Position numbers and translations under genes: made by a program. Below, piece after piece: positions 40,321 through 53,857 of a stretch of 64,000 nucleotides of DNA. Position 1 is the stretch's first letter. Every line of letters starts with the position of its first letter. Location of the stretch: NCBI GenBank assembly GCA_964016885.1, contig OZ024741.1:8618001-8682000 (forward strand), read 5' to 3'. The notes below the pieces were generated by a model. The model saw only the letters and a program-made list of their open reading frames with translations, made no database searches and had not been told where the DNA came from. This DNA is from Eledone cirrhosa (lineage: Eukaryota).

Positions 40321-42195
40321 ATCCATGTACAACAATAGTGGTGGTTTTAGTCACCTCCATGTACAACATAGTCGAGGTTTTAGTCACCTCCATGTAAAAC
40401 ATAGTGGAGGTTTTAGTCACCTCCATGTACAACATAGTCGAGGTTTTTGTCACCTCCATGTACAAAATAGTGGAGGTTTTAGTCACCTCCATGTACAACA
40501 TAGTCGAGGTTTTAGTCACCTCCATGTACAACATAGTGGAGGTTTCAGTCACCTCCACGTACAACATAGTGGAGGTTTTAGTCACCTCCATGTACACCAT
40601 AGTCGAAGTTTTAGTCACCTCCATGTACAACATAGTGTAGGTTTTAGTCACCTTCATGTACAACATAGTGGAGGTCTTAGTCACCTGCATGTACAACACA
40701 GTCGAGGTTTTAATCACTTCCATGTACAACATAGTCGAGGTTTTAGTCACCTCGATGTACAACATAGTGGAGGTTTCAGTCACCTCCATGTACAACATAG
40801 TCGAGGTTTTAGTCACCCCCATTACAAAGTAGTGGAAGTTTTAGTCAACTCCATGTACAACATAGTGGAGGTTTTAGTCACCTCCATGTACACCATAGTC
40901 GAGGGTTTACTCACCTCCATGTACAACATAGTCGAAATTTTAGTCACCTCCATGTACACCATAGTGGAGATTTTAGTCAACTCCATGTACAACATGGTCG
41001 AGGTTTTAGTTACCTCCATGTACAACATAGTCGAGGTTTTTGTCACCTCCATGTACAACATAGTGGAGATTTTAGTCGCCTCCATGTACAACATAGTGGA
41101 GATTTTAGTCACCTCCATGTACAACATAGTCGAGATTTTAGTCACCTCCATGTACAACATAGTGGAGATTTTAGTCACCTCCATGTACAACATAGGTGAG
41201 GTTTTAGTCACCTACATGTACAACATAGTGGAGGTTTTAGTCACCTCCATGTACACCATAGTGGAGGTTTCAGTCACCTCCATGTACACCATAGTCGAGG
41301 TTTTAGTCACCTCCATGTACAACATAGTCGAGGTTTTAGTCACCTCCATGTACAACATAGTGGAGGGTTTAGTCACCTCCATGTACACCATAGTCGAGGT
41401 TTTAGTCACCTCCATGTACAACATAGTCGAGGTTTTAGTCACCTCTATGTACAACTTAATCGACGTTTTCGTCACCTCCATGTACAACGTAGTTGAGGTT
41501 TTAGTCACCTCCATGTACAACATAGTCGAGGTTTTAATCACCTCCATGTACAACATAGTGGAGATTTTAGTCACCTCCATGTACACCATAGGCGAGGTTT
41601 TAGTCACCTCCATGTACAACAAAGAGGAGGTTTTAGTTACATCCATGTACAACATAGTCGAGGTTTTAGTCACCACCATGTACAACATAGTCGAGGTTTT
41701 AGTCACCTCCATGTACAACATAGTCGAGATTTTAGTCACCTCCATGTACACCATAATGGCGGTTTTAGTCACCTCCATGTACAACATAGTCGAGGTTTTA
41801 GTCACCTCCATGTACAAAATAGTCGAGGTTTTACTCACCTCCATGTACAACATAATCAAGGTTTTAGTCACCTCCATGTACACCATAGTCGAGGTTTTAG
41901 TCACCTCCATGTACAACATAGTCGAGGTTTTAGTCACCTCCATTACAAAAAATAGTGGAGGTTTTAGTCACCTCTATGTACAACATATTCGAGGTTTTAG
42001 TCACCTCTATGTACAACATAGTCGAGGTTTTAGTCACCCCATGTACAACATAGTCGAGGTTTTAGTCACCTCCATGTACAACATAGTCGAGGTTTTAGTC
42101 ACCTCCATGTACAACATAGTAGAGGTTTTAGTCACCTTCATGTACAACATAGTGGAGGTTTTAGTCACCTCCATGTACAACATAGTCGAAGTTTC

Positions 42196-45100
42196 AGTCA
42201 CCTCCATGTACAACATAGTGGAGGTTTTAGTCACCTCCATGTACACCATAGTGGAGGTTTTAGTCAACTCCATGTACAACATAGTGGAGGTTTTAGTCAC
42301 CTCCATGTACACCATAGTCGAGGGTTTAGTCACCTCCATGTACAACATAGTGGAGGTTTTAATCACCTCCATGTACAACATAGTCGAGATTTTAGTCACC
42401 TACATGTACAACATAGTTGAGGTTTTAGTCACCTCCATGTACAACATAGTCGAGGTTTTAGTCACCTCCATGTACAACATAGTGGATGTTTTAGTCACCT
42501 CCATGTACAACATAGTGGAGGTTTTAGTCACCTCCATGTACAACATAGTGGAGGTTTTAGTCACCTCCATGTACAACATAGTCGAGGTTTTAGTCACCTC
42601 CATGTACAACATATTCGAGGTTTTAGTCACCTCCATGTACAACTTGTCGAGGTTTTAGTCACCTCCATGTACAACATAGTCGAGGTTTTAGTCACCTCCA
42701 TGTACAACATAGTGGAGGTTTTACTCACCTCCATGTGCACCATAGTGGAGGTTTTAGTCACCTCCATGTACACCATAGTCGAGGTTTTAGTCACCTCCAT
42801 GTACACCATAGTCGAGGTTTTAGTCACCTCCATGTACAACATAGTCGAGGTTTTAGTCACCTATATGTACAACATATTCGACGTTTTAGTCAACTCCATG
42901 TACAACGTAGTCGAGGTTTTAGTCACCTCCATGTACAACATAGTGGAGGTTTTAATCACCTCCATGTACAACATAGTCGAGGTTTTAGTCACCTCTATGT
43001 ACACCATAGTCGAGGGTTTAGTCACCTCCATGTACAACATAGTGGAGGTTTTAGTCACATCCATGTACAACAATAGTGGAGGTTTTAGTCACCTCCATGT
43101 ACAACATAGTCGAGGTTTTAGTCACCTCCATGTAAAACATAGTGGAGGTTTTTGTCACCTACATGTACAACATAGTCGAGGTTTTAGTCACCTCCATGTA
43201 CAACATAGTCGAGGTTTTAGTCACCTCCACATACAACATAGTCGAGATTTTAGTCACCTCCATGTACACCATAGTGGAGGTTTTAGTCAACTCCATGTAC
43301 AACATAGTGGAGGTTTTAGTCACCTCCATGTACACCATAGTCGAGGGTTTAGTCACCTCCATGTACAACATAGTGGAGGTTTTAGTCACATCCATGTACA
43401 ACAATAGTGGAGGTTTTAGTCACCTCCATGTACAACATAGTCGAGGTTTTAGTCACCTCCATGTAAAACATAGTGGAGGTTTTTGTCACCTACATGTACA
43501 ACATAGTCGAGGTTTTTGTCACCTCCATGTACAACATAGTCGAGGTTTTAGTCACCTCCATGTACAACATAGTGGAGGTTTCAGTCACCTCCATGTACAA
43601 CATAGTGGAGGTTTTAGTCACCTCCATGTACACCATAGTCGAGGTTTTAGTCACCTCCATGTACAACATAGTGTAGGTTTTAGTCACCTTCATGTACAAC
43701 ATAGTGGAGGTCTTAGTCACCTCCATGTACAACACAGTCGAGGTTTTAATCACTTCCATGAACAACATAGTCGAGGTTTTAGTCACATCCATGTACAACA
43801 TAGTGGAGGTTTCAGTCACCTCCATGTACACCATAGTCGAGGTTTTAGTCACCACCATGGACAACATAGTCGAGGTTTTAGTCACCTCCATGTACAACAT
43901 AGTTGAGGTTTTAGTCACCTCCATGTACAACATAGTCGAGGTTTTAGTCACCTCCATGTACAACATAGTCGAGGTTTTACTCACCTCCATGTACAACATA
44001 GTCGAGGTTTTAGTCACCTCCATGTACAACATAGTGGAGGTTTTAGTCACCTCCATGTACACCATAGTGGAGGTTTCAGTCACCTCCATGTACATCATAG
44101 TCGAGGTTTTAGTCACCTCCATGTACAACTTAGTCGAGGTTTTATTCACTTCCCTGTACAACATAGTGGAGGTTTTAGTCACCTCCATGTACACATAGTC
44201 GAGGTTTTAGTGACCTCCATGTACAACATAGTTGAGATTTTAGTCACCTCTATGTACAACATAGTCGACGTTTTCGTCACCTCCATGTAAAACGTAGTCG
44301 AGGTTTTAATCACCTCCATGTACACCATAGGCGAAGTTTTAGTCAGCTCCATGTACAACAAAGAGGAGGTTTTAGTCACTTCCATGTACAACATAGTCGA
44401 GCTTTTAGTCAACTCCATGTACAACATAGTCGAGGTTTTAGTCACCTCCATGTACAACATAGTCGAGGTTTTAGTCACATCCATGTACAACATAATCAAG
44501 GTTTTAGTCACCTCCATGTACACCATAGTCGAGGTTTTAGTCACTTCCATGTACAACATAGTGGAGGTTTTAGTCACCTCCATGTACAACATAGTGTTGG
44601 TGTTAGTCACCTCCATGTACAACACAGTCGAGGTTTTAATCACTTCCATGTACAACATAGTCGAGGCTTTAGTCACCTCCATGTACGACATAGTGGAGGT
44701 CTTAGTCACCTCCATGTACAACATAGTGGATGTTTTAGTCACCTCCATGTACAACATAGTCGAGGTTTTAGTCACCTCCATTACAAAGTAGTGGAGGTTT
44801 TAGTCACTTCTATGTACAACATAGTCGAGGTTTCAGTCACCTCCATGTACACCATAGTGGAGGTTTTAGTCAACTCCATGTACAACATAGTCGAGGTTTT
44901 AGTCACCTCCATGTACAACATAGTCGAGGTTTTAGTCAACTCCATGTACAACATAGTGGAGGTCTTAGTCACCTCCATGTACAACACAGTCGAGGTTTTA
45001 ATCACTTCCATGTACAACATTGTCGAGGTTTTAGTCACCTCCATGTACACCATAGTCGAGATTTTAGTTAACTCCATGTACAACATAGTCGAGGTTTTAG

Positions 45101-48100
45101 TCACCTCCATGTACAACATAGTCGAGGTTTTAGTCACCTCCATGTACAACATAATCAAGGTTTTATTCACCTCCATGTACACCATAGTCGAGGTCTTAGT
45201 CACCTCCATGTACAACACATTCGTGGTTTTAATCACTTCCATGTACAACATAGTCGAGGTTTTAGTCACCTCCATGTACAACATAGTGGAGGTCTTAGTC
45301 ACCTCCATGTACAACATAGTGGAGGTTTTAGTCACCTCCATGTACAACATAGTCGAGGTTTTAGTCACCTCCATTACAAAGTAGTGCAGGTTTTAGTCAC
45401 CTCTATGTACAACATGGTCGAGGTTTTAGTCACCTCTATGTACAACATAGTCGAGGTTTTAGTCACCCCATGTACAGCATAGTCGAGGTTTTAGTCACCT
45501 CCATGAACAACATAGTAGAGGTTTTAGTCACCTCCATGTACAACATAGTGGAGGATTTAGTCACGTCCATGTACAACATAGTCGGAGTTTCTGTCACCTC
45601 CATGTACAACATATTGGAGGTTTTAGTCACCTCCATGTACACCATAGTCGAGGTTTTAGTCACCTCCATGTACAACATAGTCGAGGTTTTAGTCACCTCT
45701 ATGTACAACATAGTCGACGTTTTAGTCACCTCCATATACAACGTAGTCGAGGTTTTAGTTACCTCCATGTACAACATAGTCGAGGTTTTAATCAACTCCA
45801 TGTACAACATAGTCGAGGTTTTAGTCACCTCCATGTACAACATAGTCGAGATTTTAGTCACCTCCATGTACACCATAGTCGAGGTTTTAGTCAACTCCAT
45901 GTACAACATAGTGGAGGTTTTAGTCACCTCCATGTACACCATAGTCGAGGGTTTAGTCACCTCCATGTACAACATAGTGGAGGTTTTAGTCACATCCTTG
46001 TACAACAATAGTGGAGGTTTTAGTCACCTCCATGTACAACATAGTCGAGGTTTTAGTCACCTCCATGTAAAACATAGTGGAGGTTTTAGTCACCTCCATG
46101 TACAACATAGTCGAGGTTTTTGTCACCTCCATGTACAATATAGTGGAGGTTTTAGTCACCTCCATGTACAACATAGTGGAGGTTTCAGTCACCTCCATGT
46201 ACAACATAGTGGAGGTTTTAGTCACCTCCATGTACACCATAGTCGAGGTTTTAGTCACCTCCATGTACAACATAGTGTAGGTTTTAGTCACCTTTATGTA
46301 TAACATAGTGGAGGTCTTAGTCACCTCCATGTACAACACAGTCGAGGTTTTAATCACTTCCATGTACAACATAGTCGAGGTTTTAGTCACCTCCATGTAC
46401 AACATAGTGGAGGTTTAAGTCCCTCCATGTACAACATAGTCGAGGTTTTAGTCACCTCCATTACAAAGTAGTGGAGGTTTTAGTCAACTCCATGTACAAC
46501 ATAGTGGAGGTTTTACTCACCTCCATGTACAACATAGTCGAGGGTTTACTCACCTCCATGTACAACATAGTGGAGGTTTTAGTCACCTCCATGTACAACA
46601 TAGTCGAGGTTTTAGTCACTTCCATGTACAACATAGTGGAGGTTTTAGTCACCTCCATGTACAACATAGTCGAGGTTTTAGTCACCTCCATGTACAACAT
46701 AGTCGAGGTTTTAGTCACCGCCATGTACAACATAGTCGAGGTTTTAGTCACCTCCATGTACAACATAGTGGAGGTTTTAGTCACCTCCATGTACAACATA
46801 GTGGAGGTTTCAGTCACCTCTATGTATAACATAGTCGACGTTTTAGTCACCTCCATGTACAACGTAGTCGAGGTTTTAGTTACCTCCATGTACAACATAG
46901 TCGAGGTTTTAATCAACTCCATGTACAACATAGTCGAGGTTTAATCACCTCCATGTACAACATAGTTGAGATTTCAGTCACCTCCATGTACACCATAGTG
47001 CAGGTTTTAGTCAACTCCATGTACAACATAGTGGAGGTTTTAGTCACCTCCATGTACACCATAGTCGAGGGTTTAGTCACCTCCATGTACAACATAGTGG
47101 AGGTTTTAGTCACATCCATGTACAACAATAGTGGAGGTTTTAGTCACCTCCATGTACAACATAGTCGAGGTTTTAGTCACCTCCATGTAAAACATAGTGG
47201 AGGTTTTAGTCACCTCCATGTACAACATAGTCGAGGTTTTTGTCACCTCCATGTACAATATAGTGGAGGTTTTAGTCACCTCCATGTACAACATAGTGGA
47301 AGTTTTAGTCACCTCCATGTACAACATAGTGGAGGTTTCAGTCACCACCTTGTACAACATAGTGGAGGTTTTAATCATCTCCATGTACAACATAGTCGAG
47401 GTTTTAGTCACCTCTATGTACACCATAGTCGAGGGTTTAGTCACCTCCATGTACAACATTGTGGAGGTTTTAGTCACATCCATGTACAACAATAGTGGAG
47501 GTTTTAGTCACCTCCATGTACAACATAGTCGAGGTTTTAGTCACCTCCATGTAAAACATAGTGGAGGTTTTTGTCACCTACATGTACAACATAGTCGAGG
47601 TTTTAGTCACCTCCATGTACAACATAGTCGAGGTTTTAGTCACCTCCATGTACACCATAGTCGAGGGTTTAGTCACCTCCATGTACAACATAGTGGAGGT
47701 TTTAGTCACATCCATGTACAACAATAGTGGAGGTTTTAGTCACCTCCATGTACAACATAGTCGAGGTTTTAGTCACCTCCATGTAAAACATAGTGGAGGT
47801 TTTTGTCACCTACATGTACAACATAGTCGAGGTTTTTGTCACCTCCATGTACAACATAGTCGAGGTTTTAGTCACCTCCATGTACAACATAGTGGAGGTT
47901 TCAGTCACCTCCATGTACAACATAGTGGAGGTTTTAGTCACCTCCATGTACAACATAGTGGAGGTTTTAGTCACCTCCATGTACACCATAGTGGAGGTTT
48001 TAGTCAACTCCATGTACAACATAGTGGAGGTTTTAGTCACCTCCATGTACACCATAGTCGAGGGTTTAGTCACCTCCATGTACAACATAGTGGAGGTTTT

Positions 48101-51100
48101 AATCACCTCCATGTACAACATAGTCGAGATTTTAGTCACCTACATGTACAACATAGTTGAGGTTTTAGTCACCTCCATGTACAACATAGTCGAGGTTTTA
48201 GTCACCTCCATGTACAACATAGTGGATGTTTTAGTCACCTCCATGTACAACATAGTGGAGGTTTTAGTCACCTCCATGTACAACATAGTGGAGGTTTTAG
48301 TCACCTCCATGTACAACATAGTCGAGGTTTTAGTCACCTCCATGTACAACATATTCGAGGTTTTAGTCACCTCCATGTACAACTTGTCGAGGTTTTAGTC
48401 ACCTCCATGTACAACATAGTCGAGGTTTTAGTCACCTCCATGTACAACATAGTGGAGGTTTTACTCACCTCCATGTGCACCATAGTGGAGGTTTTAGTCA
48501 CCTCCATGTACACCATAGTCGAGGTTTTAGTCACCTCCATGTACACCATAGTCGAGGTTTTAGTCACCTCCATGTACAACATAGTCGAGGTTTTAGTCAC
48601 CTATATGTACAACATATTCGACGTTTTAGTCAACTCCATGTACAACGTAGTCGAGGTTTTAGTCACCTCCATGTACAACATAGTGGAGGTTTTAATCACC
48701 TCCATGTACAACATAGTCGAGGTTTTAGTCACCTCTATGTACACCATAGTCGAGGGTTTAGTCACCTCCATGTACAACATAGTGGAGGTTTTAGTCACAT
48801 CCATGTACAACAATAGTGGAGGTTTTAGTCACCTCCATGTACAACATAGTCGAGGTTTTAGTCACCTCCATGTAAAACATAGTGGAGGTTTTTGTCACCT
48901 ACATGTACAACATAGTCGAGGTTTTAGTCACCTCCATGTACAACATAGTCGAGGTTTTAGTCACCTCCATGTACAACATAGTCGAGATTTTAGTCACCTC
49001 CATGTACACCATAGTGGAGGTTTTAGTCAACTCCATGTACAACATAGTGGAGGTTTTAGTCACCTCCATGTACACCATAGTCGAGGGTTTAGTCACCTCC
49101 ATGTACAACATAGTGGAGGTTTTAGTCACATCCATGTACAACAATAGTGGAGGTTTTAGTCACCTCCATGTACAACATAGTCGAGGTTTTAGTCACCTCC
49201 ATGTAAAACATAGTGGAGGTTTTTGTCACCTACATGTACAACATAGTCGAGGTTTTTGTCACCTCCATGTACAACATAGTCGAGGTTTTAGTCACCTCCA
49301 TGTACAACATAGTGGAGGTTTCAGTCACCTCCATGTACAACATAGTGGAGGTTTTAGTCACCTCCATGTACACCATAGTCGAGGTTTTAGTCACCTCCAT
49401 GTACAACATAGTGTAGGTTTTAGTCACCTTCATGTACAACATATTGGAGGTCTTAGTCACCTCCATGTACAACACAGTCGAGGTTTTAATCACTTCCATG
49501 AACAACATAGTCGAGGTTTTAGTCACCTCCATGTACAACATAGTGGAGGTTTCAGTCACCTCCATGTACACCATAGTCGAGGTTTTAGTCACCACCATGG
49601 ACAACATAGTCGAGGTTTTAGTCACCTCCATGTACAACATAGTTGAGGTTTTAGTCACCTCCATGAACAACATAGTCGAGGTTTTAGTCACCTCCATGTA
49701 CAACATAGTCGAGGTTTTACTCACCTCCATGTACAACATAGTCGAGGTTTTAGTCACCTCCATGTACAACATAGTGGAGGTTTTAGTCACCTCCATGTAC
49801 ACCATAGTGGAGGTTTCAGTCACCTCCATGTACATCATAGTCGAGGTTTTAGTCACCTCCATGTACAACTTAGTCGAGGTTTTATTCACTTCCCTGTACA
49901 ACATAGTGGAGGTTTTAGTCACCTCCATGTACACATAGTCGAGGTTTTAGTGACCCCCATGTACAACATAGTTGAGATTTTAGTCACCTCTATGTACAAC
50001 ATAGTCGACGTTTTCGTCACCTCCATGTAAAACGTAGTCGAGGTTTTAATCACCTCCATGTACAACATAGTGGAGGTTTTAGTCACCTCCATGTACACCA
50101 TAGGCGAAGTTTTAGTCAGCTCCATGTACAACAAAGAGGAGGTTTTAGTCACTTCCATGTACAACATAGTCGAGCTTTTAGTCAACTCCATGTACAACAT
50201 AGTCGAGGTTTTAGTCACCTCCATGTACAACATAGTCGAGGTTTTAGTCACATCCATGTACAACATAATCAAGGTTTTAGTCACCTCCATGTACACCATA
50301 GTCGAGGTTTTAGTCACTTCCATGTACAACATAGTGGAGGTTTTAGTCACCTCCATGTACAACATAGTGTTGGTGTTAGTCACCTCCATGTACAACACAG
50401 TCGAGGTTTTAATCACTTCCATGTACAACATAGTCGAGGCTTTAGTCACCTCCATGTACGACATAGTGGAGGTCTTAGTCACCTCCATGTACAACATAGT
50501 GGATATTTTAGTCACCTCCATGTACAACATAGTCGAGGTTTTAGTCACCTCCATTACAAAGTAGTGGAGGTTTTAGTCACTTCTATGTACAACATAGTCG
50601 AGGTTTCAGTCACCTCCATGTACACCATAGTGGAGGTTTTAGTCAACTCCATGTACAACATAGTCGAGGTTTTAGTCACCTCCATGTACAACATAGTCGA
50701 GGTTTTAGTCAACTCCATGTACAACATAGTGGAGGTCTTAGTCACCTCCATGTACAACACAGTCGAGGTTTTAATCACTTCCATGTACAACATTGTCGAG
50801 GTTTTAGTCACCTCCATGTACACCATAGTCGAGATTTTAGTTAACTCCATGTACAACATAGTCGAGGTTTTAGTCACCTCCATGTACAACATAGTCGAGG
50901 TTTTAGTCACCTCCATGTACAACATAATCAAGGTTTTATTCACCTCCATGTACACCATAGTCGAGGTCTTAGTCACCTCCATGTACAACACATTCGTGGT
51001 TTTAATCACTTCCATGTACAACATAGTCGAGGTTTTAGTCACCTCCATGTACAACATAGTGGAGGTCTTAGTCACCTCCATGTACAACATAGTGGAGGTT

Positions 51101-53857
51101 TTAGTCACACTCCATGTACAACATAGTCGAGGTTTTAGTCACCTCCATTACAAAGTAGTGCAGGTTTTAGTCACCTCTATGTACAACATGGTCGAGGTTT
51201 TAGTCACCTCTATGTACAACATAGTCGAGGTTTTAGTCACCCCATGTACAGCATAGTCGAGGTTTTAGTCACCTCCATGAACAACATAGTAGAGGTTTTA
51301 GTCACCTCCATGTACAACATAGTGGAGGATTTAGTCACCTCCATGTACAACATAGTCGGAGTTTCTGTCACCTCCATGTACAACATATTGGAGGTTTTAG
51401 TCACCTCCATGTACACCATAGTCGAGGTTTTAGTCACCTCCATGTACAACATAGTCGAGGTTTTAGTCACCTCCATGTACAACACATTCGTGGTTTTAAT
51501 CACTTCCATGTACAACATAGTCGAGGTTTTAGTCACCTCCATGTACAACATAGTGGAGGTCTTAGTCACCTCCATGTACAACATAGTGGAGGTTTTAGTC
51601 ACACTCCATGTACAACATAGTCGACGTTTTAGTCACCTCCATATACAACGTAGTCGAGGTTTTAGTTACCTCCATGTACAACATAGTCGAGGTTTTAATC
51701 AACTCCATGTACAACATAGTCGAGGTTTTAGTCACCTCCATGTACAACATAGTCGAGAATTTAGTCACCTCCATGTACACCATAGTGGAGGTTTTAGTCA
51801 ACTCCATGTACAACATAGTGGAGGTTTTAGTCACCTCCATGTACACCATAGTCGAGGGTTTAGTCACCTCCATGTACAACATAGTGAAGGTTTTAGTCAC
51901 ATCCTTGTACAACAATAGTGGAGGTTTTAGTCACCTCCATGTACAACATAGTCGAGGTTTTAGTCACCTCCATGTAAAACATAGTGGAGGTTTTAGTCAC
52001 CTCCATGTACAACATAGTCGAGGTTTTTGTCACCTCCATGTACAATATAGTGGAGGTTTTAGTCACCTCCATGTACAACATAGTGGAGGTTTCAGTCACC
52101 TCCATGTACAACATAGTGGAGGTTTTAGTCACCTCCATGTACACCATAGTCGAGGTTTTAGTCACCTCCATGTACAACATAGTGTAGGTTTTAGTCACCT
52201 TTATGTATAACATAGTGGAGGTCTTAGTCACCTCCATGTACAACACAGTCGAGGTTTTAATCACTTCCATGTACAACATAGTCGAGGTTTTAGTCACCTC
52301 CATGTACAACATAGTGGAGGTTTAAGTCCCTCCATGTACAACATAGTCGAGGTTTTAGTCACCTCCATTACAAAGTAGTGGAGGTTTTAGTCAACTCCAT
52401 GTACAACATAGTGGAGGTTTTACTCACCTCCATGTACAACATAGTCGAGGGTTTACTCACCTCCATGTACAACATAGTGGAGGTTTTAGTCACCTCCATG
52501 TACAACATAGTCGAGGTTTTAGTCACTTCCATGTACAACATAGTGGAGGTTTTAGTCACCTCCATGTACAACATAGTCGAGGTTTTAGTCACCTCCATGT
52601 ACAACATAGTCGAGGTTTTAGTCACCGCCATGTACAACATAGTCGAGGTTTTAGTCACCTCCATGTACAACATAGTGGAGGTTTTAGTCACCTCCATGTA
52701 CAACATAGTGGAGGTTTCAGTCACCTCTATGTACAACATAGTCGACGTTTTAGTCACCTCCATGTACAACGTAGTCGAGGTTTTAGTTACCTCCATGTAC
52801 AACATAGTCGAGGTTTTAATCAACTCCATGTACAACATAGTCGAGGTTTAATCACCTCCATGTACAACATAGTTGAGATTTCAGTCACCTCCATGTACAC
52901 CATAGTGCAGGTTTTAGTCAACTCCATGTACAACATAGTGGAGGTTTTAGTCACCTCCATGTACACCATAGTCGAGGGTTTAGTCACCTCCATGTACAAC
53001 ATAGTGGAGGTTTTAGTCACATCCATGTACAACAATAGTGGAGGTTTTAGTCACCTCCATGTACAACATAGTCGAGGTTTTAGTCACCTCCATGTAAAAC
53101 ATAGTGGAGGTTTTAGTCACCTCCATGTACAACATAGTCGAGGTTTTTGTCACCTCCATGTACAATATAGTGGAGGTTTTAGTCACCTCCATGTACAACA
53201 TAGTGGAAGTTTTAGTCACCTCCATGTACAACATAGTGGAGGTTTCAGTCACCACCTTGTACAACATAGTGGAGGTTTTAATCATCTCCATGTACAACAT
53301 AGTCGAGGTTTTAGTCACCTCTATGTACACCATAGTCGAGGGTTTAGTCACCTCCATGTACAACATTGTGGAGGTTTTAGTCACATCCATGTACAACAAT
53401 AGTGGAGGTTTTAGTCACCTCCATGTACAACATAGTCGAGGTTTTAGTCACCTCCATGTAAAACATAGTGGAGGTTTTTGTCACCTACATGTACAACATA
53501 GTCGAGGTTTTAGTCACCTCCATGTACAACATAGTCGAGGTTTTAGTCACCTCCATGTACACCATAGTCGAGGGTTTAGTCACCTCCATGTACAACATAG
53601 TGGAGGTTTTAGTCACATCCATGTACAACAATAGTGGAGGTTTTAGTCACCTCCATGTACAACATAGTCGAGGTTTTAGTCACCTCCATGTAAAACATAG
53701 TGGAGGTTTTTGTCACTTACATGTACAACATAGTCGAGGTTTTTGTCACCTCCATGTACAACATAGTCGAGGTTTTAGTCACCTCCATGTACAACATAGT
53801 GGAGGTTTCAGTCACCTCCATGTACAACATAGTGGAGGTTTTAGTCACCTCCATGTA
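42196..53857. repeat. About 5.74-5.9 kb tandem duplication (~42196-47950 / ~47936-53857)
   Basis: The offset steps from 5740 (42667/48407, 43692/49432) to 5773 (44791/50564), 5774 (45470/51244) and 5907 (46077/51984, 47561/53468). Confidence 0.9.
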
